A stretch of DNA of 64,000 nt. It comes from Azolla caroliniana. Lineage: Eukaryota > Plantae > Polypodiophyta. Location of the stretch: contig JBHGNT010000006.1 in assembly GCA_043228905.1 (NCBI GenBank), positions 6,262,001-6,326,000 of the forward strand, in the 5' to 3' direction. This document shows, piece by piece, positions 38,991-53,599 of this stretch. The notes below the pieces were generated by a model. It saw only the letters and a program-made list of their open reading frames with translations. It was not told the DNA's origin and searched no databases. Position numbers and translations under genes: made by a program. Positions within the stretch are counted from its first letter, which is position 1. Every line of letters starts with the position of its first letter.

Positions 38991-40187
38991 AAAAACCTTT
39001 TTTTGGCCCCCTAAAAAAAATAACTTTTTGGCCCCTCTATTTGGTTAAACCACCCCCCCCTTCCCCCCACAAAGAAAAAAAATCTCTGATAGTTCTTCCC
39101 CCATTTTGGCCCCCCCAAACCCATTTTCGTTCCCCTCCCCCAACTGAAAAACATTCTCTGATATAAAAAAAAAACATTTGATAGCTCTCTCTCCCTCACC
39201 AAAAAAAAAAACATTTTGATAGCTCTCCTCTTTCTTCTCACAGTGAATATTGCTAAACAAAACTGAAATATAAGTGACAAAAGATGGTGAATGATGAACA
39301 TGTTATCAAATGATACATAAGGCAATGAATTTGCATTGGCATACTATTAACATCACATTATTGTAAGGGGAAAATTAGAATATGGTTTACAATAAGAGAT
39401 TCATGCGAAACACAAGCCATCATGTTTGAGATATTACAGATTCCTAGAAATTCATTTAACCAATGGAGACCTTAAGATGGCCACAAAATGAGATATTCAA
39501 GATCGATCAAAACATCATGTAACCAATTGAGGTTCTATGGGGCTGAGATGCCCTCTTTTCCTTGATTTCTAAAAACATGCTTCACATCAAAACTTAACCA
39601 CTGGTTTAAGATCTATCTATCATCTTCTCTAAGACATCTCTAAGACTCTCCTTTGATCTTGATGTGTTCTTCTTCTTCCTCTTCCCTCATCTGTTGCCTG
39701 TAGTTTTGGTGGATCCATGGCAGAAACCCATATAGTGATCAATAAGACCAATAATCATAAGAATCACGATGAGGAATTTCTTCCTTCCTCGAGCTCCAGC
39801 GCCCGGGCGGGGCCCGCTCCTCCTCTTCCTCCCCTTCCCGAAGTAGCCTCGACCTCCACCTCCATGTCATCTTCATCACGGCAGCTCTCCTCTTTCTTCT
39901 CCTCACTATCCTCGCTCTTCACTTCGCCATCAGTTGCTGCCTCCGCCACTGCTTCCCTACCCACACCTCCTCCTCCTCCTCCAGTGGCGGCACCCAGTAG
40001 CCACCACCGACCCTCCCCATCGCCTAAGACATCATGTAAAAGAAAAAGGAATCCACAGTATTGATTGGAAACTTGAGGAAGAAGTAGAAGAAGAAGAAAG
40101 GAATCCACAGTATTGATTGGAAGAAGAGGAAGATGAAGAAGAAGAAGAAGAAGAAGAAGAAAGAGAAAGAAGGAAGAGTAACTACTC

Positions 40188-40224
<37 letters not shown>

Positions 40225-40227
<3 letters not shown>

Positions 40228-42800
40228 ATGTTACAACCTATTTGATTCATGTTGTGGCGGAAGGGAGAAATGATGGGAGTTACATGGATTTCATGGGACC
40301 ATTTGGCTACTCCTAAAAGGTTAGGTGGTGCAACAATATTGGATTTGGAAAGATATTTGATGGCTCGTAGATTTACATTATTACAAGATATATGTAAACA
40401 ATATCAACCATGGATATCTATGAGGCAATATTTATTGAGCATGATGGATTTGTGCATGGGAAAACAAAGATTCAAGCATTATTGTGGCCCTTACGCAATG
40501 GATGTATTCTTCTAAAGATTCAACATTTTGTATGTGGACAACATTTGGTAAGATCGTGGCAAGATGCATTATCTCTTTTTGAATAGGGACCATTAAGTGA
40601 TTGAGAATATTGTAATTCATTACAAAATGAATTGCTTGTTTATTCTCGAGTGTTGCTTTGGCATGGGATAGAGAAGTTGAAATCTCAATTCAATCATTTA
40701 TTTCAATTGGGGATTGTACATTTGGAAGATGTGGTTGATAATGAATCTCAAAGGTTGTCGGATTTTGAAAATGCCAAGAGATGGTTATATATTCCCCCAA
40801 ATTATAGGTTTATTTGGGAGAAATTACATGATATACCATTGTTGCAAGGATCTTTGCCATTGAAAACCAATATTGCACCTTGGGTAGATTGGCAGTTACA
40901 AGATGGTACAGGCTTGTTATAGGTCACTACAAATATATTGTACCATCATGTAATGGCATCATTATCTTGGCTATATTCTAAAGCAACGAAGTTGTGGAAT
41001 TTATATAAGTCAGATGCAAGGTGGTGGAAAATATTACAACGTGGTTGGCATTCCCATCTACCATTTCGTGCAAAGGTATTCATATGGAGAGTCATGATTG
41101 GTGAGATCCCATTAGGTTCGGCCTTAAAGAGACGAGGACTAGGGTCTGACACTTGTTTCTTTTGCACCGTTCCATTAGAGGATAGTACACATAGGTTCAT
41201 TAAATGACCTATAACGTGTACCATTTGGAATGTACTTATCAGACATTTGGCAAGTTTTAACCCGTTGTTGTTTGAGACCTCATGGCATGGGTTTTTTCTC
41301 AATATGTTCAAAATGGATCAAATGATGAGATGGAGATGTTGTTTCAATTTTTACATTATTAGGGTCTACAACACAATTAGAATATACGTAATGCTTTCAT
41401 GTTTGATAATAAACATGAGGTGAAAGCCTATATAAAAAAGCTTAAAGGTATTCTCATGTAGGGATCGGCAACGGCTCGGCTCAAGCCTAAACCATTTGGC
41501 TTAGCCGGCTTGAAAACAGCTTGGCGTCTCGACTCGGTTTAGGCTTGAACTTGCCTTAACGGTTTGAGCTTGGCTCAACTTGGCTTAAGCCTCGCCAAAC
41601 CGGCTAAACCGTTTATAAACTTTAGAGAGAGGGGGAGAGAGACAACATGGGAAAGAGAAAGAGAGAGAGAGAGTGAGGGAGACTAAACAGACGATGGGAG
41701 AGAGGAAGGGAGGGAGAGGGAGGGAGACAACATATAAGGAGAGAGAGAGACTACAGAGACGAGGAGAGAGAGAGAAAGACTACACAGAGGGGAGAGAGAG
41801 GGAGAGAGACTACACAGAGGGGTGAGAGAGAGAGAGAGACATAGAGGGGAGAGAGAGAGAGAGACTACACAAGGGAGAGAGAGAGAGAGACATAGAGGGG
41901 AGAGAGAGAGAGAGACTACACAAGGGAGAGAGAGAGAGAGACATAGAGGGGAGAGAGAGAGAGAGACTACATAGAGGGGAGAGAGAGAGAGAGACTACAC
42001 AAAGGGGAGAGAGAGAGGGAGAGGGAGAGAGTCGAGACCACAAACGTGAGAGAGTGGGAGGGAGAGCTTGTACAATGTATAGTATATATTATATAGTGGA
42101 TCATCTGAGAGAGAGAGGGAGGGAGGGAGAGAGAGAGAGGGAGGGAGGGAGGTTTCTAAACCGGTTTACAAGCCGTTTACCAAACCGGTTCAGCCTAAAC
42201 CGTTTAGCCTAAACCGATTTGTGAACCGGATCGGCTCAAGTTTGAGATCCCGTAAACGGTTTAGGCTTAGCCGGTTTGGCCTGGATCAGGCCAAGGATCA
42301 AGCCAAACCGGTTAAGCGTAAACCGAACCGTTGCCGATCCCTATTCTCATGTGAAATTTTTGGATGTTAGAGCATGTGAGGATCATTTCCTCAAATGCAT
42401 ATTTAGGCTTTTTAGTAGCATTAGAGAACGTCCCTCTCCCTACATAGGCATGTGATGGATAGAGGAGAATAAGAAGTCTTATAACTAAACCGGTTTAGCC
42501 TAAACCAATTTGTGAACCGGCTCGGCTCAAGTTTGAGATCCCGTAAATGGTTTAGGCTTAGCCGGTTTGGCCTGGATCAAGCCAAACCAACTAAGCGTAA
42601 ACCGAACCGTTGCCGATCCCTATTCTCATGTGAAATTTTTGGATGTTAGAGCATGTGAGGATCATTTCCTCAAATGCATATTTAGGCTTTTTAGTAGCAT
42701 TAGAGAACGTCCCTCTCCCTACACAGGCATGTGATGGGTAGAGGAGAGTAAGAAGTCTTGTAACTAAGTGGATTTTACATATAATTAATATAATTGTGTG
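40225..42800 (+). mobile_element. Degenerate L1 LINE 3' region
   Basis: WISWDHLATPKRLGG, PFRAKVFIWRVM, TCFFCTVPLEDSTHRFIK; many stops; interrupted by a hAT MITE. Confidence 0.85.
41459..42343. mobile_element. Non-autonomous hAT element/MITE
   Basis: 16-bp TIR TAGGGATCGGCAACGG / CCGTTGCCGATCCCTA, 8-bp TSD TTCTCATG (41451-41458, 42344-42351), subterminal AAACCG motifs, internal GA-rich minisatellite. Confidence 0.93.
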
Positions 42801-43708
42801 CTTTTACCAAAAGAGAGAGAGAAGACAAAATGTTTGGGAGTTTGAAAAACGGAGACGGGCATTTTACTGATTTCATAACTTCAGCTGGGATATTATTACA
42901 TGTACAAAGACACATTATTACATGTACAAAGACACAGTATAGTAGTAGTATAGTATACAATCTTTGATAGAGATGCAGCAGGTAGCCATCCAATTCTGCA
43001 AACCATCCCACTTCTGCTTGATGGTCATGGAAACAGGCTGATCTTTAGAGAGCAACGAAGTTACTGCATGCATCCTGTTGCTTCATCAATGACTTAGTTG
43101 CGTCCATTACAGTATGGAATTGTGGTTATCGAGCATGAGTAGTAATCATCATGTGGCAGATCACAGTCACGAGATCAGGCCAGCATATCATTCCTGAAAT
43201 CAGCTGCCTGGATGCTTATTAGTAATAGATTACTTACGTGTTGGAAGCTCCACATATGTGGATACTTGCAGACTAGAATACAGAACTATATGTCGATCAT
43301 GCAGATAATACTGGAGATAGTACAAGCTCACCATGAAGAAGCTGCTGAAGAGTATTGAATTAGAGTGATGATAATGAACAGAGTTTGGACAAGTTTATTT
43401 ACATTAAATGTTTTGAACAAAGGTTGTGGTTGTAATCTATACAACCACGCTCAAGAAGGGGCCATTACTTATACAACAAATTGAATAGCTGCAGATCCCA
43501 TCAGATAAATAAATAAATGAAATAAATAAATAAATGAACAAATCTTCATATGTTTCATCCGGAGTTTATTTGGAAGATGGCTTAATATATAAAGTTATAT
43601 ATGTATAATATATATATATATATATATTTTTAAGGTGAAATGTGGTTTGATCTTATATGATAAGATTTAACAAATTCGATCTGATGAAGAGTTCTGAGGC
43701 AGCTACTG

Positions 43709-46365
43709 CTATCTGTGCGAAGCAGAAGAAGAGCGTGGCTTCTTCAGTCTCCACGATGTGCGACCGCGGAGGATCTCTGTCGTGTCGTCTTGAAGACGGA
43801 GCAGGTGCGTGAAATGGATCATGGGTGGCTTCCCCTTGTTCATGTTAATCTGATGATCCACTGTGCCATTAGAGTTGTTAACTGTACTAACTGAGCTACT
43901 AGCAGATGTGGTATTGGTGCAGGCTGCTGATTGCTGCTGCAGATCTGCCACTTCCACTTTGTGTTCTGCTGCTGCCTGTAGCTCTTCCACGAAATGTCCT
44001 GCGAGGTCTTCGGGATTGTCAGGCGATGCCAAAGACGAGAGCACATCGGAGTGATTGCACTCTCGCCTGTACTCCAATGTCATGCCCATCAATTCATGTG
44101 CCACCAGAAAAGACTGCGGAATACTCTGTTCCATTGATCACAGCACATAGCATTTTTCTTGTATTAATATTCATGAGTACTGCTCAACATTACATAACCT
44201 AATCATTAATCCAGTTCATCAGAGAACTTTAATAATTACCTCCAAAACCCAGCTGATGTATTTCACGTGGTTTACATGTTGATTCATGTCCATGTCGTGA
44301 AGCCTGGGCTGTAGCACATCCAGATTAAGGATAGATTATCAGCCTACGGATATAACTAGACCTAGATTTTAACATGCAACAGATCAAAAGGCTTGAATGA
44401 ACAATTTATACATACTGCGAGACCCGATCTGATGTAAGGGGCGGAGTTGTCGAGCTTCGTAATCCGCTGGCAAGTATATACTTCCGACTCATCTTTGGTG
44501 TCATTGTTAATCATTACGCTTCTTTCAATGAAGTAGGGTGATATCTCTGCACGAACATCATCTGGCATCTTCGATAGCCTTCGTGTATCTTGATTCATCA
44601 TGGCCCAATGGCTGAATACCATCAGCAGCAAGAGCAGCAAGTGAGTTCCTTATATAGGTTCTTAATTAATCTTGAACTTTCAGTATATATGGATGTTGAT
44701 AAAATTGGTATAAGTGAGTTACTTATACAGGTTCTTAATGACTATTGATCTTTCAGTATATATGGATGTTGATAACATAGATGCATTTTGTACGATGATT
44801 ATATGTTAGCTAGCTATTAGTAATTCTAGAGAAGATTAATACCTGGTTGCTCTTGCTCTGATATGGCCGGTTAGGTAATCCCTCACTAAGAAGTCCCGGC
44901 GCATACCGTTCTTTCCTGATCCACTCACCCATGAATCGATCTCCACCACATCGCCCCTGTGAAAATTATATCGATCAATTTAGAGAGTTGAGTGGCGTAG
45001 AGAAAAGGAAGCTATATTAATGTGTGGTATATTGGTGAAGATTACAGATAAAATGAAGGATAAACATAAAAGGCATTTATTAATCGATACAGTGAAGATT
45101 AATTATGACAAAGCGAATTGGTATTTAAGGGGGTTCCGGAAGCGAATTGATATTTAAGGCATGACTACTAAAGGGAGCCAATAACAAGGGCAGGCATTTC
45201 GGATAGACTCGATCGAATAAATTAGTTCACTACACAAGACAGGGGGGATTAGGCTGATAGATATGGAAAATAATGGCTTTCGTAGTAGTAGTAGTATACC
45301 AGACAGGATAATCCACGGCTTCGATGTGCATTTTGGTGACAACCCAAATGAGCCTACTCCTCATCATGGCATGGGTTGTTCCCATGCCATCGCCCACAAA
45401 ATCCGCCATTCCCACATGATTCAGAGCTGTTTCCTGAGAGACAGGGAGATCAACGGATGAGTTACATATAATTCACAATACTCACAAGTATACTATACTA
45501 TATACCATTGGGATTTTGGTTGAAGAAAGGCCAATTCTCATCAAAATTATACCTGGAAGAGATTGGCCAGGGTTTCGATGGAGGCAGTGCGATCGAAGCC
45601 CACTTCATACGAACGGATCACGAACGTCTGCCGGTAAACGCATCCGTTCTCGACGAGCCTACCTCTGCGGAGTGAGTCGATGGACACAGCAGGTAGCATC
45701 CCCACGGCGGGCACATGAGATGATGATGATGGCACAGTGCCGCCAGCTTGTTGGGACTGGCCACTACCCGTTGCCACTAATTCTGCAGCCGATGATGCAG
45801 TGGAAGCATGATTAGTACTGCTGCTACTAATGTTGGTGGAGGTGGAGGAATTGAGGTGGTGGATCTTCTTGGGGCTGAGTAGGCTCTCCTTGTGGTGATG
45901 GGGCCCGCCCACGGCGGACAGAATGGCGGCCACAATGACGCCCAGGATGGCCACGGTCCGCTGCAAATGTGTGGATTCGGTGTCGTTGATTATGAGAGCG
46001 ATGACGGTGGGCGCGGCAATGGTGGTGGCCGGCTCATGATGGTCATCACTGGAGGAGGTGTGGAGAATCAGCTGGCTAGCTGGTGGGGATTGATGGGCAG
46101 GATCGATCGTGATGGGATGTGGCCGTCCATTTACGCCATTTATACGGGGAGAGCCCCCCGAGGCCGCACCATTGCCGGAGTTATGGAAGCCGGCTTGGCT
46201 TACGACCGTCCGAGTGGTGTTAGCCTTGTTTAGTGTATGCAGGCGAGTCCTGCCGCGGTGCAGAGCGCGAGCTAAGCGGAGCCCCTTCCCCTCGGGGGAC
46301 TTGACAGTTGGAATCCCCACGGATGATCTTTGATGATTAAGATGTAAGTGCCCAAGGCGCTGCAT
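43709..46365 (-). CDS. FATB: Plastid acyl-ACP thioesterase (FatB/FatC-type)
   Basis: Exons 46365-45553, 45433-45300, 44956-44843, 44611-44416, 44308-44240, 44125-43709: YRQTFVIRSYEVG, QETALNHV, LIWVVTKM, SGKNGMRRD, TRRLSKMP, DMDMNQHVN, LEYRREC, EILRGRTSW; N-terminal transit peptide and hydrophobic stretch. Subclade assignment uncertain. Confidence 0.93.
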
Positions 46366-47110
46366 GGTGGTGATGTGATCGATCGATCGATGGAACCCCC
46401 CCTTCCCCCTCGAATCGAAAGCCAGTCTCTATTTATAGTCGCTATTTAATTCGTTTAACTGATCGTGAAGGTATTATGAATGACAGCTTAGATTCCTAAG
46501 GCTACGATTGTACTGAATGCATACAGAGAGAGTCTTCGTCCTTTCTTCTTTGCTTCGATGCGGATCTGCGGCATAGCCGGAGTGTGCGGTTGCAAATTGG
46601 CCGAAGTGCAAGAGACCTGGGTGTCTGTGTATAATTATATGCATACATATGCATATGTGCAGGAAGGAGGTGAAGAAAGGAAGGAGATGAAGGGTAGTTG
46701 GTGTATAGTAGTAGTTACAGTAGTAGTAGTAGTAGTAGTAGTAGTAGCAATGTGTTGGTTAAGGGCGGGAATTGGAAGGGAATTGGGGAGGGAGGGGGGG
46801 TGTGATATAAGGGGGGGAAAAGCTGTGTTTTGTTTGGGTCTGTGCTGGTGGCCAGCTCATTCTGTTCTCTTTATTTTCGTATGGCAATGATCCCAAAATG
46901 AAGCTCCATATATGATGATATATGTGTCGAGAGAGAAAGTGCCGGCTTCCAGGCAAATAAAAGGGAGGGCATCCATCAATCAAGCCCATTAAAGGCAGAG
47001 AAAGAGAGAGGAGGGGGGGTGGTGCAGCTATAATATTAATTAAGCACACACAGACATATTACACACACACTTATATTACGCTCTATTAATGAGAGATACT
47101 TTTAGCGTCC

Positions 47111-47148
<38 letters not shown>

Positions 47149-50100
47149 TGGGTGGGTGGGTTGGGTTGGGTTTGGTGTGTGCGCCTTATATGACTCCTCC
47201 TACTCTCTCCTTCTGTCTCTATCTGTGTGTGGGGGGGAGGGGAGGGGGGGGGGTGGTGTTGTATCATCATATGTGAAGAGAGAAAGAAAGAAGGGGCGGG
47301 CATATGTAGTTAGATAGACAAATATCCAATGATAATCTATTAACTAACGCTACTACTCCAAAGAATTGAATGTGGGGGTTGGGTGTGCGCCCCCTTAGGT
47401 TGTTGGGCTGTCCCCTTCCCATACAATCACAAATAGGCCCGCCCAACAACAACACATAGTTTGTTCGTTACACATCTTTAATAACATCTACACACACACA
47501 CACACACACACACATCCCTTAGGCATAGCTTTGATTTGTTAGGATGTAAGTTAAACTCAGAAACATCTATCTATGTGTGTGTGCATGTAATATATGTACA
47601 CATTTGTCACTCCCATCTAGTTAAGTTGTTGTTTATCCACTGCATTTCTCGTTATTCAAGCTTGGTAGAGTAAAGCTTTGGTCGGAGTTCTCTCGGTGTA
47701 AAGAATACTCATTAAAAAAACCTACTTGCCTTCTTTCCTCTTGACCTTCCTTATCCAAATCCCCCCACCCTTTTTTGCAGCCTACAATCCATGAATACAC
47801 ATAGATAGATAGATAGATATACATGCAATGCAAGGTAGGAGGTAGATGGTCTTATTTCTTACTTTTTAAAGTTCCCCTCTCTTTCTCTCCCGTTTTTAAT
47901 CATAAATGCACCTCCTCCACTTTTTACTCTTAAGTTCAAACCAAAGTTTGCCCATCTATATCTACCTATCTATCTATCGGTATACCAACACATTAAATTA
48001 CCTACCCAAATATTCAAGGCTTTCTCTCTTTCACTCACACATAGATATATACATACATATGCACAAACACACCTACATATGTGTCGTACATAGCTATTCC
48101 ACAACATATCATTAACTATCGCCTTTCCGACCATTTGATTACTACATTTGGCTTAACAAGTCTAGCATAACTATCCACTTCTTTCTTATTATGGGAAAGG
48201 ATAGCATGTGTTGTCGTGTGTCGTGGGTGGGATATTTATGGCAACCCTGACTTGGCTATAGAAGTTTTGTTTGTGAGAGGATCAATCGACTTGCTAGTCT
48301 GACTACGAGAGTGACCAATTGTAGTTGTATAGGTCAGAGAAGAGTCAATTGTATTTCGCACTTACACGATTGGTAATTTGTTTCTCTTTTCTATTTTGTT
48401 GCTAGTAAAAAAAACCACCTACCCATGATTGAAAGTACAAATGAAAAGGTGTTGTGCATATAATAGATTTACTACACGCAAACACCTAATATTTCTCTCG
48501 AAATACACAAGAGACTGCTACAGTGCTACCTTCCTTGTTTTTCGTTCGCAAGTTGCTATATATTTTGCAGCACATACTTAAGTCATTAAATGGCAGGTGG
48601 GTTATATGTCCATTATTAGTGTTATTATTTATACCTTTATGATTGGGATTAAGTAAGGTTGTTGCAAACATATGTGATGATGGATGTGCACAAATAGATA
48701 CACACTCACTCACTCACACACACAAGTAAGTGAATACACAACCAAGTAATTCATATATTTGTACATAACACTATCTCATATGAATACACCAAATATATTG
48801 TTCAAATTATGCCATTCACGTGTGAAACATATCTCTTGTGCAATCCTAGAATATTGCACCCTCTTAGAATCCCTATTAATTGCCTCTACCTATTTATCTA
48901 TCCACCCTTTTTGTTGATTTGGTTTATATGGATCAAATAAAAAATATATAATTATATTGCTCTCTCAACATCAAAGAGCTAAAACTAGTTCGATCTTCTT
49001 TTTGCTTTTAGAGAGAGAGAGAACTGACAATAAGGTTGGTTGTGTAATGCTTGGTCAAAGCCTACCTTGTTGCAAGAGCGCTATAAATGGAGTCATTGGA
49101 CATAAACACATTCAATACAAATATCATGAGGCGTGCCACATGAGACTTTGGGGTAGAGAAGGGATATTAATATTGCTACAAACAATGGAATACAATATAA
49201 ATAATTTTTGTTTCACCAAGGCATGGACGATCTCGTTATTTCCCCAAATACCTCTAATCATTTTTGATAAAAGACAAATGTGGGACAAATTGTGCACATG
49301 TAGCTCAAAAAAGTGAGAAAAAATAGACGGATTGGCCATAAATTTGATCAAACAACATATATAATCGTTGGTGAGGTGGTTGACATGGGCCATTTTGAGA
49401 ACTATATAGAGACTTAGCACATTTGGTGAAAATAAAGAGAACATTTGGGGTGTTCATTTTTTTGCACCCTCTCATCATGCTACCCGGATGCCAAAAACCA
49501 TATTGAAAAACACATGATATAATAGAGTAACATCCAAATGGAGCGCTAGGTTAGACTGCCTTTCTTAGCTAAGAATAATGAAAAGTGTTTCCTAGCTACT
49601 ATGTACAGAAGTGAGAGTTTCAACATATTATCAAGAACTTAAGACATTTGAATTAATGATCTAATCTATTCACAAGTCTTCAAATTTCAAAGTATAGTTT
49701 CTTGTCCAAGCCACTTGGAGGGTATCAAAATATGCAAATATTCAAATTTCAAAGTATGGTTTGTGTAGTAATGACCCAAATTATTTTGTTGTGTGTTTCA
49801 TACCTGTCTTGCACTTCACCTCTAATAAAAGAGCCCCTCATGTTGTGTGGCCTACCTTGACTTTCCTATCGTCATGGCTCCTTTGCTTGATGCACTAAGG
49901 GTTTAGATCCAAATACTCTCAATTCAAACATTTACATCCAAACCTTCATTGTTTTATTCATTAAATTATATATCAATTGAATGTTGATTGAACAAGCAAT
50001 TGCATAATCATTGTTTCACTCATTCCACAATATGCCATTTGAATGTTGATTGAGTGTATACTTTTATATAACTATTTAGAGCAAGTGCACTTGGATGATA

Positions 50101-50361
50101 TTTGTTTTTAAACGCCCTCATTGTTTTTTTCCGAAGAAAGGGTGCTTCTCATTGGTTAGGTAAAGTCTCTTTACAATCCGATATGTACACCAGTAATGTA
50201 ATCATAGGCACTCAACAATTCTATCTACCACATTACCATATTTGGCACATTCCTCTCTATTTATCATTGAACTCCTCTAAAACTGATATTGATCACGAAC
50301 AACAAACAGATATTGTAATCTTCACATATTCCAGGACCACATGTTTGTATCGATAATCATG

Positions 50362-50830
50362 TCACCCGAAAAATGTCCAAAAATACCATGTACCTTCTGG
50401 ATATAGCCATTTAGGCACGGTGTAGCACCACTTTGGCATGTTGTTTACATAGTTCACCAAGGGCAAATTCAACCATGATTGTTGAAAGGAAAGTCTCATA
50501 GCTTCCATCGTGTCTAAAGAGCCTTGCGACTCTTCATATTGAGCTCGAATATTCATTACCAGATTGTACCATAGAGCTGTGATTGTCTCCCTTGATCGAC
50601 TTTCTTCTCCCAAGAGGCATGCTTTGCATATGGATTTTAACATGTTCCATAGCATAGTAGAGGCTATGGTGGGCCAGATGCCATACAACCTATTCGAACA
50701 CCCAATTTGCATTTCCCTTGGTATTTGTATGGTGCATTTATTTCTTTGCACACAAACACCGTTAGTCTACCTAAGTCTCCCAATATCCAAGCTTTCTTCT
50801 CCAATCTCCACCATAATGTAAATCCCAAAT
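50362..50830 (-). mobile_element. L1 LINE 3'-terminal remnant
   Basis: Degenerate zf-RVT-like region followed by WPTIASTMLWNM..., typical of the plant L1 C-terminus. Confidence 0.5.
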
Positions 50831-52630
50831 ATATGGAGCCTTCTTGCTCTTGATTAGTACTCCATGTTGTGCAATAATGTTTCAAAATGTTTACGAATGC
50901 CATGTTTATTTGAAAGAGTGAATCATTTATAAGGTTCATTTACTTCAATTCTTCAAGATGCAAAATCACCATTATCAACTGTTATGATATGTTAAATGTT
51001 GTGGTCATCTATCAATGCATGTTTTTTTAGGAAAATCGCTACCATGAACCTTTGGTTCAATTATGAATATGTCATGTAAGATCTTAGATATTATATATTG
51101 AAATTGTTTGACATGGTATTGTCAATTACCTCTGAGGTTATGATATCCATATATAATATCTCTCTCACGAGTCACAACCAATACATCATCATGTTTGCAA
51201 ATATGATGAATGTCTCACATAATAGGAATCTCTTGTTTGAAATTAGATTAAGTGTCCAATTTGATATTCCATTCATAACTTGAAAAAAAGAGTTGCATGT
51301 TTACATGAACTGAATGGGAAAAAGGGTTTAAGCTTGAAGAACAAGTTACAAATAAAAGCATTTAAATGAAATATCATGTTCAACTTATAACCATTACTAA
51401 TCTTGCAAAAGAAAAATATCAGGTTGAAGTTACAATCATTCCATTTGCAACTTGCAACCATGGAAGCGTATTTTACACAATAACAAATTTATTACTAAAC
51501 AAATGTTTGGATTGATAAGGGAACTTAATTTACCATGTTATACCCATGCACAAAATTGTTCCATAAAGCTATAACAAGAAAGTCATTTTGCTCTATAATT
51601 AATTTCTCTTTGCATGCATCTCTTCACCATCTTCAAAGATCTTTAGTTCTTGCATGGCATTCCCTGGGGTTATTATATGTGACTTGATTACAAGAAGTAA
51701 CTAATTTTGCATGATTAACCTTATTCCAACAAATTTGCTATGTTAGCATACTTTCTTCTTTTGCTATTCTACCATGTGAGTATTGAAATCATGTTTAAAC
51801 CATAATTTTCGGGTTTCGCAAATTTGTCTTCTTCTGGTTCATATCACACACTCCAAATTGAAATTGAAATCGAGCCTCTTCATTTAATCTATTATGCATT
51901 GTTGCTAGTATTCTAACAAGAGCTTCTTTGAACATATTACCTCTAAACTATCACAAATGAAGGAGTCTCTGACTCTATATCCTCCAAGGGGCTTTGTAAC
52001 CCCAAGGTAGCTTACAACCAACATTGAGCCACACTTCTCTCTTATAATGAAGAACAATATCAAAATCTCAAAACATTACATCCATATGTTATATGATTAT
52101 CCCCATAACCTCCACGATAAATGGAGATTTGAATGCTTGTTGGAATCATGCAAAATCGTTGAAAGCATGATCTTGTCTCAACTTTCTAACATGCACTCAT
52201 TTTCCCTTTGAGGCTGAGCCACTTTCACACTGTTCATGTCACATCCTTCTCAATGAATGCTTTGCTATAATTAAATTCCATTATTCCCCACATCCATTAT
52301 GAAGTATGCACTAGAATGTGATGTAGTTTTGAGGGTTACATTTGACTATCAAAGAGACACTTGATGTTGAGAACCTTCTCTGATGATACTAACATTGGCC
52401 CAATGTAACAAGAAAGACGATACAAAATTGAGAGAACTAGCCCTAGGAAAAAGATGTTACTATGAAAATGTTACAAGTATAGCAAGAGTGCGAGTTTTTT
52501 AGGTTTTCTTCTTCTTTTTATCATGTTGAGCTTGAATTTTAATTTTATTCTCTATCTATCTTTGGTAAGATCATAATGGTCTCTCATGGACATTAAAAAC
52601 ATGACTATCACACACACACACACACACACA

Positions 52631-52690
<60 letters not shown>

Positions 52691-53599
52691 AGCTTATCAT
52701 CTTTCTTAGCCATAGCTCAAACCTTGAGTTTTTATCTTAAACATTTTGAGCTCAACAATTTGTACTTGAGCATTACAGTTGGGTTGTCTTAATTTTAATA
52801 ATAATGGACTAGGATTACTAGTTTCATATATTTGTTTGGATGTAATTAAATAATGAAGTAAATATAGAAGCATAAATTAAACCATTTTCATTAGTGTAAT
52901 CTTTCTTTTTTAATCAAGTGGAGTTAGGTTAGGAAGACTGTCCGCTAAATGAGCTAGTTCACGATGTAAACCACAAAGCCAACACCTACAGAGATTGTTT
53001 GCTAAATGATCCTCGTCACGGGCTAGGCCTCGTGTCATAGATCACAATTGGTCTCCCATGGATGTTAAAAGAATATCTATCTACATATCTATTTGTCGAG
53101 AATGGTTGACAACCTCTCTTACCATCGTGCCAACAATAAGTGTTTGTCCACCATATTCCTATAGCAATGAACCAATGAGTTTTCGTTGTGTGTTAAGTAA
53201 TATAGATTGTTACTTAATTTGATGATTGGCATTGATGCGAAGGATGAGGTGTGGATCAACACGCGACGATTGAGCTTTTCATAAGCTCATGAGGAGTATG
53301 AAACGTTAGAGTAGAAAGAAGCATCATTAATAATCTATTTTTTGGTTCAATGTATTTTTATGTTTTATTAGAAATTTTGTTGAGATTAGTATTATGTAGT
53401 TGTTCTAGTAAATAAATTTGTTTGTTCTTTTCGAGTTAAAGTTTCACTACTACGTTTTACTCATCTTCTACAAGTATAAATTATTACCATTAACTATTTT
53501 TCAATAATCGTAAACGATAATATTCCTCAACAAAGTGTGCGTGTATTTGTGGAGAAATTAAGGTCATACAAGCTACAAGCTACAAGATACAAAGTAGAT

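Noticed and set aside
49500-52400. Possible highly decayed MULE/SWIM transposase on the minus strand
   Set aside because: Only vague motifs and no continuous frame; would need TBLASTN or HMM support
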